Below, in pieces: positions 24,312 through 34,123 of a stretch of 41,833 nt of DNA. The notes below the pieces were generated by a model, which saw nothing but the letters and a program-made list of their open reading frames with translations, had not been told where the DNA came from and did no database searches. The position numbers were made by a program, and so were the translations under genes. Source of the stretch: a virus. The stretch lies in IMG/VR virus record IMGVR_UViG_3300045988_100766. One strand, 5' to 3'. Position 1 is the stretch's first letter. The number at the start of each line of letters is the position of its first letter.

Positions 24312-24703
24312 TCGATATCGAAAATGAAGTAGTATCCCGAATCTCCGCCGCCCTCCCCAAGGGCACATACGTAACCGGCGAATACGTATCGGCCCCGGCC
24401 GTGTTCCCGCATGTCTCCGTCGTTGAGATGGACAACTACACGCTCAAGGCCACGCAGACGCAGGAGCTGACCGAAAACCACGCCGTGCTGACCTACGAAA
24501 TCAACATCTATTCCAACCTGAAAAACGGCAAAAAGGCGCAGTGCAAGGCGCTGGCCGCCGCAGCCGATACGGCCATGCAGAAAATGGGCTTTACGCGCAT
24601 CTCCCTGCAGCCGGTACAGAACATTTTGGACGGCACAATCTACCGCATGACGGGTCGTTACACAGCAGCCGTAGCTACGGATAAGACCATTTATAGGAGG
24701 TAA
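24308..24703 (+). CDS. Tail completion/terminator-like protein
   Basis: GTG start overlapping the upstream stop; lies before the major tail protein. Confidence 0.45.
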   Translation: MIDIENEVVSRISAALPKGTYVTGEYVSAPAVFPHVSVVEMDNYTLKATQTQELTENHAVLTYEINIYSNLKNGKKAQCKALAAAADTAMQKMGFTRISLQPVQNILDGTIYRMTGRYTAAVATDKTIYRR

Positions 24704-24709
24704 CAAGCA

Positions 24710-25144
24710 ATGGCTTCGTCTACTTATCAGACGTATCTGATGTATAAGGCCACCACGGGTGGTTCTGCTACGTTTTCCAAGCTGACTGACATCATCTCCC
24801 TTCCAGACCTGGGCGCGCCCCCGGAGCAGATCGACGTAACCACGCTGTCTGACCGCCAGCGGAAGTATATTCCCGGCGTTGAGGATACCGGCTCCCTCGA
24901 ATTTGAGGTGCTCTACGATCAGGACAGCTTTGACACCATCAACAAGCTGGGCCGTGAAACCGAATACGACTTTGCGGTATACGCCGGTGCTGACAGCGAC
25001 GGCGCGCCTGATGGCCACAACGGCAAGTGGACGTTTAAGGGCAGGATCGCCATCGTCAAGACCGGCGGCGGCGTGAACGAGTATCAGGGCGCTACCGTGA
25101 CCATCTATCCCTCTACGGACATTTCCTTTGCCAAGGGCACTTAA
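24710..25144 (+). CDS. Major tail protein
   Basis: 144 aa, immediately upstream of the chaperone pair and tape measure. Confidence 0.75.
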   Translation: MASSTYQTYLMYKATTGGSATFSKLTDIISLPDLGAPPEQIDVTTLSDRQRKYIPGVEDTGSLEFEVLYDQDSFDTINKLGRETEYDFAVYAGADSDGAPDGHNGKWTFKGRIAIVKTGGGVNEYQGATVTIYPSTDISFAKGT

Positions 25145-25162
25145 TAAGGGAGGCTGATCGCC

Positions 25163-25501
25163 ATGTCCAAGCAGATCAAAATCACCTATATGGATAAAAC
25201 CTACACCCTGGAATTTTCCAAGGGCTCTGTGCGCCGCATGGAGCAGGCAGGCTTTGACCGCACGGAGCTGGCGGCAAAGACCATGACCATGCTGCCGCAG
25301 CTTTTTGCGGGCGCGTTTATCAAAAACCACGCGCTGATCGATAAGAAGATCCCCGAAAAGATCTACGACCTGCTGCCCAACAAGCTTGACATGCTGGACA
25401 AGCTGACCGAGATGTTCGAGGAGCCCTACAACGCCATGTTGGAAGACCCCGATCCGCAGGAGGTCGAAGCAAAAAACGTGTCCTGGACGGCTTCCTGGTA
25501 A
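25163..25501 (+). CDS. Tail assembly chaperone (gpG-like)
   Basis: Lies between the major tail protein and tape measure, and carries a slippery site near its 3' end. Confidence 0.75.
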   Translation: MSKQIKITYMDKTYTLEFSKGSVRRMEQAGFDRTELAAKTMTMLPQLFAGAFIKNHALIDKKIPEKIYDLLPNKLDMLDKLTEMFEEPYNAMLEDPDPQEVEAKNVSWTASW

Positions 25502-25935
25502 AGCAGGACGGGCCGTCTGAATCGGATACGCACTGGACGTTTACAGAGCTCTTTGAAAAAGCGCTCCCGTATTATATGGCAATCGGCATGACGGTAGGCG
25601 AGTACTGGGAGGGGGACAATTCCCTTCCCGCCGCCTATCGCAAGGCCGACCAGCTCAGGCAGGAGCGCATCAACGAACAAGCCTGGCTGCAGGGCATGTA
25701 CATCTATGACGCTTTGGCGCGCGTAGCCCCGATCTATCACGCCTTTGCCAAGGCCGGAACCAGGCCCGTGCCGTACCCTGATAAGCCATACGATTTTAAG
25801 CGCAGAGAGCAGCCCAAAACGCTGCGCGAAAGGGAATCCGCAGCAGAAGAAAGCGCGCGCAAAATGGCCGACCTGTTTGAACGGTTTAACGCCAGGCGCG
25901 GAAAGAAGGAGGCGATAACAGATGGCGGTAGTTGA
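25163..25935 (+). CDS. Tail assembly chaperone frameshift product (gpGT-like), -1 shift at 25471-25477
   Basis: The -1 frame is open from the slippery site into ORF 25576-25935. Confidence 0.65.
25471..25477 (+). promoter_or_regulatory. Programmed -1 ribosomal frameshift heptamer A_AAA_AAC
   Basis: Codon phase checked: GCA AAA AAC in the G frame. Confidence 0.65.
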
Positions 25936-28195
25936 CACCCTCGAAATCCAAATTGTTGATAACGCCAAGGAAGCTGCCTCCCATATGGATCAGCTTGCGC
26001 AGTCGATGAACCGCGTGGGCAAGGCCAAGAGCGCGCCCCAGGCGCTAAGGGAAGTGGCCGATGAAACCGTGCATGTTGCGGAGGGAACGCGGCAGTCTTC
26101 TGAACGGCTTGGCACGCTGACCGCGCGGCTAAAGGAATTCGGCGCAAGGGCAAAGGCTTCTTTTGGAGGACTTGGCGATTCTTCGGAAAAAGCCGAAAAG
26201 CATACAAGCGGCTTGGCTTCGTCTCTTGGCCGTTTTATCAAATATCGCCTGTTCTTCATTGCATTCTCGCAGCTTTCCAGCGCGCTCAGCGAGGGAACAA
26301 GCAACCTGTACCAGTGGAGCAAGGCAATGGGCGGTAGCTTTGCAAAGTCTATGGACGCTGGCGCCGCTTCGTCTGCGACGCTTAAAAACGGGCTGGCTGC
26401 TGCGCTGTCCCCTGTGATTATCTCTGTTATTTCTCTCTTTAACACCCTTGCCGGGGCGATCAATTTTGCCCTCAGCGCTTTAAGCGCCCTTCTTTCTCTG
26501 TTTGGCGGTTTTGGGACGTTTACAACGGCAACCGACGCTGCAAACGATTATTCCAAGGCCGCGGGCGGCGCGGCAAAGGCAAACAAGAATTTGCTGGCCA
26601 GCTTTGATGAATTGAACGTACTGCAGCAGCCCAGCGGCGGCGGTGGTGGCGGCGGCGGTGCTATCGGGAAGTTTGACTTTGATGACTCTCTCATTACGGA
26701 CAAGATGAAGCGCATCGGCGCAGCAGCGCTTGTGTTGGGTGCGGCGCTGTCGGCCATGTTTCCAAATTCCAAAGCGCTAAAGTACGTTGGTATCTTGCTT
26801 ACGATCTATGGCGCAATCAACAACATCAAGGCGATTGCTGACCAGTGGAAAAACGGCATTACGGACAAAAACTCCTACAAATGGCTATGGAGCCTTGCAA
26901 GCGCAGCTACGGGCGCTTACATGGCGTTTGGAAAGCTTGGCGCAGGATTTACGCTTTTGATTGGCGGTATCGCAGGTGTTGTTACGGCGATCAAGGATAT
27001 CATCGACAAAGGCAAAGCGACGCAGGAATCCCTTGTGCAGATCTCTCTTGGCATTGCTGCGATATCCGGAGCAATTGCAATCCTGACAGGCAACCCAATT
27101 TCGCTGATTATCACTGCCGTTGCTACGGTTGCGGCGCTGATTATCAAGTATTGGGAGCCGATTAAAACCTTCTTTGCCAACCTGTGGGAAGGCATCAGCA
27201 AGGCGGCAACCAACGTCTGGAATTGGATTTCTGAGCGCGCTCAGAGCGTTGCGGATTTTGTGCAAAAAATATGGGCGGCTGTAAAGAAATTCTTTTCTGA
27301 CCTTTGGTCTGGCATCCAGGTTGCGGCAACCAACGCATGGCGCATCATCCTGATTGCAATTAACGCAGTTGTTGAGCCGGTGGAAAAGGCTTGGAACGCT
27401 GCTGTTGAGTTTTTTGCTGGCGTGTGGGAAGGAATCAAAAAGGCCGCATCGGATGCATGGGCGGCTATCCAGACTGCGATAAACAATGTAATTGCGCCTG
27501 TAGAAGAAGCTTGGGAAGCGGCGAAGAAATTCTTTTCTGATGCATGGTCTGCTATTCAGGTGGCCGCAACCAATGCATGGTTTGTCATCCTTACGGCCAT
27601 TAATGCGGTCATTGATCCGGTGGAGAAAGCGTGGACTGCAGCTAAGACCGTTTTTGACACGGTCTGGTCTGGCATCCAAACGGCGGCAGAAACCGCGTGG
27701 AACGCCATCAAATCTGCTATCAATGCGGTACTAAAGCCCATACAGAACGTAATTGACAAACTTAAGGAGTTTTTCGGCCTGCCATCTAACAAAACCGTTA
27801 CGCTTACTCAAAACGTAGTAAGAACCTACTCGTATGAGGAGCTCAAAAAAAACCCCAGCGCGCAAATGGAAGTCTTAAGCGGTGAGGCGGGTGTTTCAAA
27901 AAGGGCTTCCGGCGGCATCGTCCCATCCGGCCAGATGTTCATCGCCCGCGAGGCTGGGCCCGAACTGGTTGGCACCATGGGCGGGCATACGGCAGTCGCC
28001 AATAACCAGCAGATTATCACCGGCATCTACGAGGGTGTAAAGGCGGCCATGCAGGACGCTGGCAGCAGCAATAGCGGCGGTACAATGAGCGTCAATGTGT
28101 ACCTGGACGGCAAGCAGATCACGGCGGCAGTCGAAAAGCGCCAGCGCGAACGCGGCGCGACCATCTATCCGGGAGGTGTGCTCAGTGGCGTTTAA
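25922..28195 (+). CDS. Tape measure protein
   Basis: 757 aa with hydrophobic segments, a poly-Gly run and five tandem 40-aa repeats. Confidence 0.9.
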   Translation: MAVVDTLEIQIVDNAKEAASHMDQLAQSMNRVGKAKSAPQALREVADETVHVAEGTRQSSERLGTLTARLKEFGARAKASFGGLGDSSEKAEKHTSGLASSLGRFIKYRLFFIAFSQLSSALSEGTSNLYQWSKAMGGSFAKSMDAGAASSATLKNGLAAALSPVIISVISLFNTLAGAINFALSALSALLSLFGGFGTFTTATDAANDYSKAAGGAAKANKNLLASFDELNVLQQPSGGGGGGGGAIGKFDFDDSLITDKMKRIGAAALVLGAALSAMFPNSKALKYVGILLTIYGAINNIKAIADQWKNGITDKNSYKWLWSLASAATGAYMAFGKLGAGFTLLIGGIAGVVTAIKDIIDKGKATQESLVQISLGIAAISGAIAILTGNPISLIITAVATVAALIIKYWEPIKTFFANLWEGISKAATNVWNWISERAQSVADFVQKIWAAVKKFFSDLWSGIQVAATNAWRIILIAINAVVEPVEKAWNAAVEFFAGVWEGIKKAASDAWAAIQTAINNVIAPVEEAWEAAKKFFSDAWSAIQVAATNAWFVILTAINAVIDPVEKAWTAAKTVFDTVWSGIQTAAETAWNAIKSAINAVLKPIQNVIDKLKEFFGLPSNKTVTLTQNVVRTYSYEELKKNPSAQMEVLSGEAGVSKRASGGIVPSGQMFIAREAGPELVGTMGGHTAVANNQQIITGIYEGVKAAMQDAGSSNSGGTMSVNVYLDGKQITAAVEKRQRERGATIYPGGVLSGV

Positions 28196-28571
28196 GGCTC
28201 TTGTAAGCGTCGGCTCGTATGACTTCCCGGAGCCATCCACCTACTCCGGCAACACCGCCACCCTGGTAGACGCTGGCCGTAACGTGGAGGGTAAGGTAAT
28301 CGGCGCGGTCATCCGGGACGACGTGGCCAAGGTGGAGCTGACCTGGAAATACCTGACCGTAGCCCAATGGGCAAACATCAACAAGTGCTTCAAGGAATCC
28401 GCTGGCGGCAAGTTTTACAATTCTGTTACGTTTTTCGATCAAAGCGCGGGCGGCTGGGTAACAAAGACCATGTACGTCAGCGACCGTAACGCCAACATGT
28501 TCCGGCGCGACCCGGAGAACGGAAGTATTTTGGGCTGGCTGGAATGCAAGCTGTCGCTGGTGGAGGTGTAA
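28185..28571 (+). CDS. Small distal-tail-like protein
   Basis: GTG start overlapping the tape-measure end. Assigned from position only. Confidence 0.45.
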   Translation: MAFKALVSVGSYDFPEPSTYSGNTATLVDAGRNVEGKVIGAVIRDDVAKVELTWKYLTVAQWANINKCFKESAGGKFYNSVTFFDQSAGGWVTKTMYVSDRNANMFRRDPENGSILGWLECKLSLVEV

Positions 28572-28574
28572 GGC

Positions 28575-30362
28575 ATGGAAACGGTAACAAGCGCCTGGAA
28601 GGAAGTGCAGAGCCAGCAGCTTCTAAACGAAGGGTATATCGAAATTTCCTTTGCCATCACCGACCCTGACGCGATCACTGACGCTACTGCATCGGATAAC
28701 GGCGCGCTTTCCATCGCCGATACCGCGTCCATCGTGAGCCAGGACGAAAAGAGCATAGTCCCCTACGCGACGCTGGAGGAAAATCTCTGGTTGCTGGACG
28801 GCAGCCGGAGGTTTATCCCCGCGTCCAATCAGGGGGATAATGGGTATATCGGCAACCTGTTATCCGACGAAAACTGCGCATTTACGACAAATCCTGTCAT
28901 TGATGTGCAGTTTTCTACAAATCACGACGTTTTGATTCCAGGCGTTACCATTGTGTGGGGCACGGCCTATGACGAGTACGCCAGGGCGTTTACCGTCAGC
29001 GCCTACAAGGGCACTGCGCTGGTTGCGCAAAAGCAGATCACCGACAATACGTCCGTCACGTCCATTGTGCAGATGGATATCACGGACTACGACCACATCC
29101 GCGTGGAGATCGTCAAGTGGTGCCTGCCGCATCACAGGGCACGCATCGCCCGGCTGTTTATCGGCATCGAAAAGGTGTACACCAAATCGGATGTTTTGGA
29201 GTATCAGCACGAGCAGGATGTAGACCCCATCGGGGCAACCGCGCCCATCAATAAGATGACCTTTGCCATCGACAACAGCGACGACGCATACGACCCCAAC
29301 AACACCAGCGGCCTGTCCAAGTACCTGATCGAGCGGCAGCGCATCCAGGTGAAGTATGGCTTGAAGATGAACGACGGCTCCATCCGTTACATTCGCGGCG
29401 GCGTGTTTTACCTCTCTGAATGGGAAGCGCCGCAGAACGGCATCAAGGCCAGCTTTACCGGGCGCGACCTGCTGGAATTTATGCAAAAGCCCTATGTAAA
29501 GGGGCTCTACAACGCAAGCGGAACCAGTCTGTACGACCTGGCGGACAGCGTATTTAATGAAGCAAACCTGCCGCTCAACGACGACGGCACCAAAAAGTGG
29601 GTGATCGACAACAGCCTGAAAACCATCACCACCGTTGCCCCGCTGCCCATGAGCCCGCTGAGCGAGTGCCTGCAGTATATCGCCCAGGCCGGGCGCTGCG
29701 TGCTCTACTCTGACCGCGCGGGCATGCTGCACATGGAGCCGATCTCCGCGGCCAAACAGGACTATGCGATCACCGCATTTAACTCCTTTCAGCGGCCTGA
29801 GATTTCGCTGCAAAAGCCGCTGGGAAGCGTGGATACCAAGGTGTACAACTACTTCACCGGCGAGACCGGGCAGGAGCTATTTTCCGGCCAGGCCACCGTG
29901 AACGGCACGCAGGAGATGACCGTCACCTACTCTCAAAGCGCAATCAATGTAAGCGCTACCGTGACGGGCGGCACGCTGGTATCGGCCAATTACTACACCA
30001 ACGCCTGTGTGCTCAAGATCACGGCCGCGGGCGCCGTCACCATCCAGATCACCGGCGATATCCTCAAGACGTCCACGTCCGATTATGTTTTGCAGGTGGA
30101 TGATAAGGGCGAGGCGCAGGGCGTAAACAACCCCCTGATTGCATCCTCCGAGATGGCCGCAGCCGTCAGCCAGTGGGTAAAGGCGTGGCTGTCCAACCGC
30201 CGCATAATCACCATTGGCGAGTGGCGCGCGGATCCCCGTCTGGACGCTGCCGACCTGATCGATTCGCAGAACAAATTCGAGACCGACGACGTGCGCATTA
30301 CGTCTGTAAAATACACCTTTGCGGGCGCGTTCCGCGGCAGCGGGGAAGGGAGGATTGTCTGA
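28575..30362 (+). CDS. Tail tip / baseplate hub-like protein (Tal-like)
   Basis: 595 aa, following the tape measure and distal tail protein. Confidence 0.55.
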   Translation: METVTSAWKEVQSQQLLNEGYIEISFAITDPDAITDATASDNGALSIADTASIVSQDEKSIVPYATLEENLWLLDGSRRFIPASNQGDNGYIGNLLSDENCAFTTNPVIDVQFSTNHDVLIPGVTIVWGTAYDEYARAFTVSAYKGTALVAQKQITDNTSVTSIVQMDITDYDHIRVEIVKWCLPHHRARIARLFIGIEKVYTKSDVLEYQHEQDVDPIGATAPINKMTFAIDNSDDAYDPNNTSGLSKYLIERQRIQVKYGLKMNDGSIRYIRGGVFYLSEWEAPQNGIKASFTGRDLLEFMQKPYVKGLYNASGTSLYDLADSVFNEANLPLNDDGTKKWVIDNSLKTITTVAPLPMSPLSECLQYIAQAGRCVLYSDRAGMLHMEPISAAKQDYAITAFNSFQRPEISLQKPLGSVDTKVYNYFTGETGQELFSGQATVNGTQEMTVTYSQSAINVSATVTGGTLVSANYYTNACVLKITAAGAVTIQITGDILKTSTSDYVLQVDDKGEAQGVNNPLIASSEMAAAVSQWVKAWLSNRRIITIGEWRADPRLDAADLIDSQNKFETDDVRITSVKYTFAGAFRGSGEGRIV

Positions 30363-30847
30363 TGGCTGAATGGATTGCGCCTGTCTACGACCGCACCAGC
30401 GAGGACGTAGCGCAGGCAAAAACGCAGATAAGCGCCTGGATGGCAACTCCCCTGTCCGATACGCCGCTGCCGACCGCTGCGCTCAAGGGCTGCATGAACG
30501 TGGCCGACATGAACCGCATCGAGGGCGACGTGCAGTACCTCTGCGATCTGCTTACAGCTATGGGCTATACCCCATCTGTCAGCACAAAAAGCTGGGCAAT
30601 GGGGAGCCTGCCAACAGCGCAGGACGTGCAGCGCATCATTGCAAACGTGCAAAGCTTTGTGGATGCCTTTGCAAAGCCTGCCGCCGCGCCTGATCTGCCA
30701 TCCAGCATGAGCGGGTACGCGCATGTGAACGCCATCGAGGAAAATCTCTACTGGATGAACTACCTTTTGGCCGTTGTTCCAAGCAGCTACCAAAAGAGCA
30801 ACATGTTTAAGGCCGGGGCAAGACGAACGCTCCCGCTCAGGAGGTGA
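30362..30847 (+). CDS. Tail fibre-associated protein
   Basis: KGCMNVADMNRIEGDVQYL resembles a motif seen in Clostridia phage fibre proteins (from memory). Confidence 0.45.
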   Translation: MAEWIAPVYDRTSEDVAQAKTQISAWMATPLSDTPLPTAALKGCMNVADMNRIEGDVQYLCDLLTAMGYTPSVSTKSWAMGSLPTAQDVQRIIANVQSFVDAFAKPAAAPDLPSSMSGYAHVNAIEENLYWMNYLLAVVPSSYQKSNMFKAGARRTLPLRR

Positions 30848-30851
30848 GAAT

Positions 30852-31316
30852 ATGGCCTATGTAGCAAGGACGATCAAAGACCGCGTGGCGGTTGGGGATG
30901 ACTGCTTTCTGATGGAAACGCTGTCCGATGGCCGCGTGAAGCTGACCCCTTCGCCCGATTCGGTTTCTGAGCCGGGCACGGATATCAATAAAGCGCTTTT
31001 GCAACTCATCGAAGACCGCGTTGTCGGCCTGATGAACGGCATCTTTACCGCAACGGCCACCCTCCCCTCCACCGGCTGGACAGGGGACGCAGCGCCGTAC
31101 ACGCAGGAGGTAACGGTAACGGGCATCACGGCTGCGGATACGCCACTGGTGGACATTGTGCAGACCGGGACGGAAGCGACGGACGAACCCATGCGCGAGG
31201 CGTGGGGCGTGATCACGCGCATGGTGACGGGCGCGGGAAAAATCACGGCTTACGCCAGTGAAAAACCGACCGTCGATGTGCCAATTCAATTGAAGGTGGT
31301 GAAAAACAATGGGTGA
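30852..31316 (+). CDS. Tail fibre protein
   Basis: SD AGGAGG upstream; GTDINKALLQLIEDRV motif; position in the tail cluster. Confidence 0.45.
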   Translation: MAYVARTIKDRVAVGDDCFLMETLSDGRVKLTPSPDSVSEPGTDINKALLQLIEDRVVGLMNGIFTATATLPSTGWTGDAAPYTQEVTVTGITAADTPLVDIVQTGTEATDEPMREAWGVITRMVTGAGKITAYASEKPTVDVPIQLKVVKNNG

Positions 31317-32298
31317 GTGTTTGCTTGTTCGGCGCGGCGGTAAGGCCACGCTCAAGGGTATCAGCGTAAAGACCCCGCCTGCAAAATTGGAATACCTGGC
31401 TGGCGATACCTTTGACCCGACCGGCCTTGTGCTGACGGCGAACGTTGGCGGCGTACCGGTGGACGTGACCACGGGCTACACCGTAACGCCCGATCCCCTG
31501 ACAGCGGATACAACGGCGGTTACGATCAGCTATACCCTGGACGGCAAGACCGCGACAACGGCGCAGGCGGTGACGGTGAAAGCTTATGATCCGGTGTTTG
31601 CCAGCAACACGTGGGAAAAGATCATTGAAGCCGCAGCGTCCGGCAGAGCCAGCGAATTGTGGCAGGTAGGCAGCACAAAACCCTATACCATCGGAGATGA
31701 GACCTACACCGCGCGGATTATCGGCTTTGACCACGATGCGCTGGATGCGACTGACGCAAGGTACGGCGACGCATCATACAACGGCGGAAAAAACAAGGCC
31801 GCAATCACACTGGAAATGGTGGAATGCACGTCAACGACCTATCAAATCCATACCAGCAACAACCAGAACGTTGGCTGGAGTGCCTGCGCTCTGCGCAATA
31901 ATACGCTGCCTGCAATCAAGGCGACAATCCAGAGCGAGATCCAGAACGCCATCCGTACCGTAGTAAAAAAGCGCGCTGAATCTCCAAGCGCTGATTATGG
32001 CAAGTATTCGGAAACGCCGGACACGTTATTTATCCTCTCCTTGGTTGAGTACAATCGTAAGAGCAGCGCGCATGCGTCGTGGGCAGACGAAGGAACAACA
32101 TATGCCTATTACGAGGCTGGAAACGCGATAACAAAGAAGAAAAGAGGAGAGAGCTCCAACTCTGCATATTGGACTGCAAGTTCGAAGCACTATACAGCAT
32201 CGAGCTATTACTACCTGTTCATTGACACTGACGGCGAATCATCAAAACAAGACTACATGAACAGCAAGAAACCAATTGCCATCGCCTTCTGCCTCTAA
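31309..32298 (+). CDS. Putative receptor-binding protein with N-terminal bacterial Ig-like domain
   Basis: PAKLEYLAGDTFDPTGLVLTA...TISYTLDGKTAT is an Ig-like (Big) pattern. The C-terminal half is AT-richer. Confidence 0.5.
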   Translation: MGECLLVRRGGKATLKGISVKTPPAKLEYLAGDTFDPTGLVLTANVGGVPVDVTTGYTVTPDPLTADTTAVTISYTLDGKTATTAQAVTVKAYDPVFASNTWEKIIEAAASGRASELWQVGSTKPYTIGDETYTARIIGFDHDALDATDARYGDASYNGGKNKAAITLEMVECTSTTYQIHTSNNQNVGWSACALRNNTLPAIKATIQSEIQNAIRTVVKKRAESPSADYGKYSETPDTLFILSLVEYNRKSSAHASWADEGTTYAYYEAGNAITKKKRGESSNSAYWTASSKHYTASSYYYLFIDTDGESSKQDYMNSKKPIAIAFCL

Positions 32299-32313
32299 GA
32301 AAGGAGCAAACCC

Positions 32314-32970
32314 ATGTATACCATCACCAAATCCGGCGTAGAAATCGCCGTCACCGAGCGGCCTACCTACATCCGTTTGCAGTCCAACGGCGCGTTTGGC
32401 CTGTGCACGCGCGAGCAGGCGCAGGGCGTGGCGTGGGAGGGTGTGCCGTACCATGTGGAGGGTATGCCCGCCATCGACCGCGAGGGCATCGAGACCGTCA
32501 CACTGACTGAGATCGACGGCGGAAAACGCATCACGCAAAACGAGCAGCAGGCCGCGTCGTCCCGCAAAATTGCCGAGGTGGCTTTTATCACCATGGCCGA
32601 GGCCGACACCATTCCGCAGGCCGTGGCTGCGCAGTATCCGGAGGCATTCCCCGCGTGGCAGGCGGGCGTGGCCTACAAGCTCAACCAGTACAGCACGGAC
32701 ACCGTGGACGGAGAAACAAAGCTGTATCGCTGTGTTCAGGCGCATACCTCGCAGGCGGGCTGGGAGCCGCACAGCGCCGCCTCTCTCTGGACGCTGGCCG
32801 CTGACCCCAGTGAGGCATGGCCTGCCTGGATTTACCCGACCGGCGCGCATAATGCATATGCCCTGGGCGCGCAGGTGACGCACAACGGCAAGCGCTGGCG
32901 CAGCACGGTGGCCAATAATGTGTGGGAGCCGGGAGCCTACGGATGGGAGGAAGTGACGAGCAATGAATAA
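32314..32970 (+). CDS. Protein with two C-terminal CBM5/12-type carbohydrate-binding repeats
   Basis: YRCVQAHTSQAGWEPHSAASLW and THNGKRWRSTVANNVWEPG. Confidence 0.6.
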   Translation: MYTITKSGVEIAVTERPTYIRLQSNGAFGLCTREQAQGVAWEGVPYHVEGMPAIDREGIETVTLTEIDGGKRITQNEQQAASSRKIAEVAFITMAEADTIPQAVAAQYPEAFPAWQAGVAYKLNQYSTDTVDGETKLYRCVQAHTSQAGWEPHSAASLWTLAADPSEAWPAWIYPTGAHNAYALGAQVTHNGKRWRSTVANNVWEPGAYGWEEVTSNE

Positions 32971-33835
32971 CAACGCGCAAAAGATCATCGAGACCGCCAA
33001 ATCCCAGCTCGGCAACCCCTATGTATTCGGCATGTGGGGGCGGGAATGCACGCCCTCCGTTCGCCGCCAGTACGCGGGATATAACCCCAGCCACAAGCGC
33101 GCCATCTTTAAGGCGTGCCCCGTGCTGAGCGGCAAACAGTCCTCCTGCGACGGCTGTAAATGGCAGGGGAAGCTGGCCTTTGACTGCCGGGGCTTTACCT
33201 ACTGGTGCCTGTCGCAGGTGGGTATCACGATCAAGGGCGGCGGCGCAACATCGCAGTACAACACGGCGGCCAACTGGTTACAGCGCGGCGATATCGGCGA
33301 CATGCCCGATGTGGTCTGCTGTGTGTTCCAGCGCCGCAACGGCAGGATGCAGCACACCGGCTTGCACATCGGCGGCGGCAAGGTGATTCATTGCTCCGCT
33401 GGCGTACAGTGGGGCGATACGTCCGACAAGGCGTGGACGCACTATGCTATTCCTGCAGGGCTGTACACGGCGGAGGAAATCGCGACGGCGGGCAAACCTG
33501 ACACCAGTAAGCCAACGGAGGGCGTTGTATTTAATCTCAGGCGCGGCAGTAAGGGTGCGGATGTAACCAAGCTCCAAACCGCCCTCAGCGCCCTGGGTTA
33601 CGATTGCGGCGCGGCGGATGGTATCTTCGGCGCAAAGACCGAGGCCGCCGTGCGCAATTTCCAGCGCGACAACAGCCTGACCGTGGACGGCATCGCGGGC
33701 AGGGACACGCAGGCGGCGCTGTACGCTACCGATAGCGAGAACCAGCCCACCTATACCGTCACCATGCGCAATGTGCCGCAGGCGGACGCAATCGCGCTTA
33801 CGGCCAAGTACGCTGGCGAGATGCTCAAAGAGTGA
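32963..33835 (+). CDS. Endolysin: NlpC/P60 peptidase + PG_binding_1 domain
   Basis: FDCRGFTYWC...HTGLHIGGGKVIHC (Cys/His pair) and C-terminal GSKGADVTKLQTALSALGYDCGAADGIFG. Confidence 0.85.
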   Translation: MNNNAQKIIETAKSQLGNPYVFGMWGRECTPSVRRQYAGYNPSHKRAIFKACPVLSGKQSSCDGCKWQGKLAFDCRGFTYWCLSQVGITIKGGGATSQYNTAANWLQRGDIGDMPDVVCCVFQRRNGRMQHTGLHIGGGKVIHCSAGVQWGDTSDKAWTHYAIPAGLYTAEEIATAGKPDTSKPTEGVVFNLRRGSKGADVTKLQTALSALGYDCGAADGIFGAKTEAAVRNFQRDNSLTVDGIAGRDTQAALYATDSENQPTYTVTMRNVPQADAIALTAKYAGEMLKE

Positions 33836-33872
33836 TCTATAAGATCAAAATAAATGAAAGGTACACACCACT

Positions 33873-34106
33873 ATGACAGAAGCCATCATCGTAGCCCTGA
33901 TTACCGGCGGCATCTCGCTGATCGGCACCCTCGCGTCCACCCGCAGCAGCGCCAAATCCACGCAGGCGCTCGTGGACTACAAGCTCAAAGAGCTGAAAGA
34001 AAGTGTGGATAGGCACAACAGCATCATCGAGCGCACGTACAGGCTCGAGGGGCGAATGGAGAATTGCGAACACGATATCCGCGACATCAAGCAGCGGATT
34101 AACTGA
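33873..34106 (+). CDS. XhlA-like membrane protein (lysis accessory)
   Basis: N-terminal TM helix plus a coiled coil; lies next to the holin. Confidence 0.55.
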   Translation: MTEAIIVALITGGISLIGTLASTRSSAKSTQALVDYKLKELKESVDRHNSIIERTYRLEGRMENCEHDIRDIKQRIN

Positions 34107-34123
34107 GAAAGGAGCATTATATT

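Noticed and set aside
17391-29813. Other long antisense ORFs in the structural region (17391-18401, 22132-23022, 24188-25330, 26885-27679, 28860-29813, all minus strand)
   Set aside because: Same reasoning. Each is antisense to a well-supported structural gene (terL, capsid, tail, tape measure, hub). Their compositions are biased and they have no ribosome-binding sites.
31309-32298. Diversity-generating retroelement targeting the receptor-binding protein
   Set aside because: No reverse transcriptase gene and no template/variable repeat pair was found anywhere in the genome.
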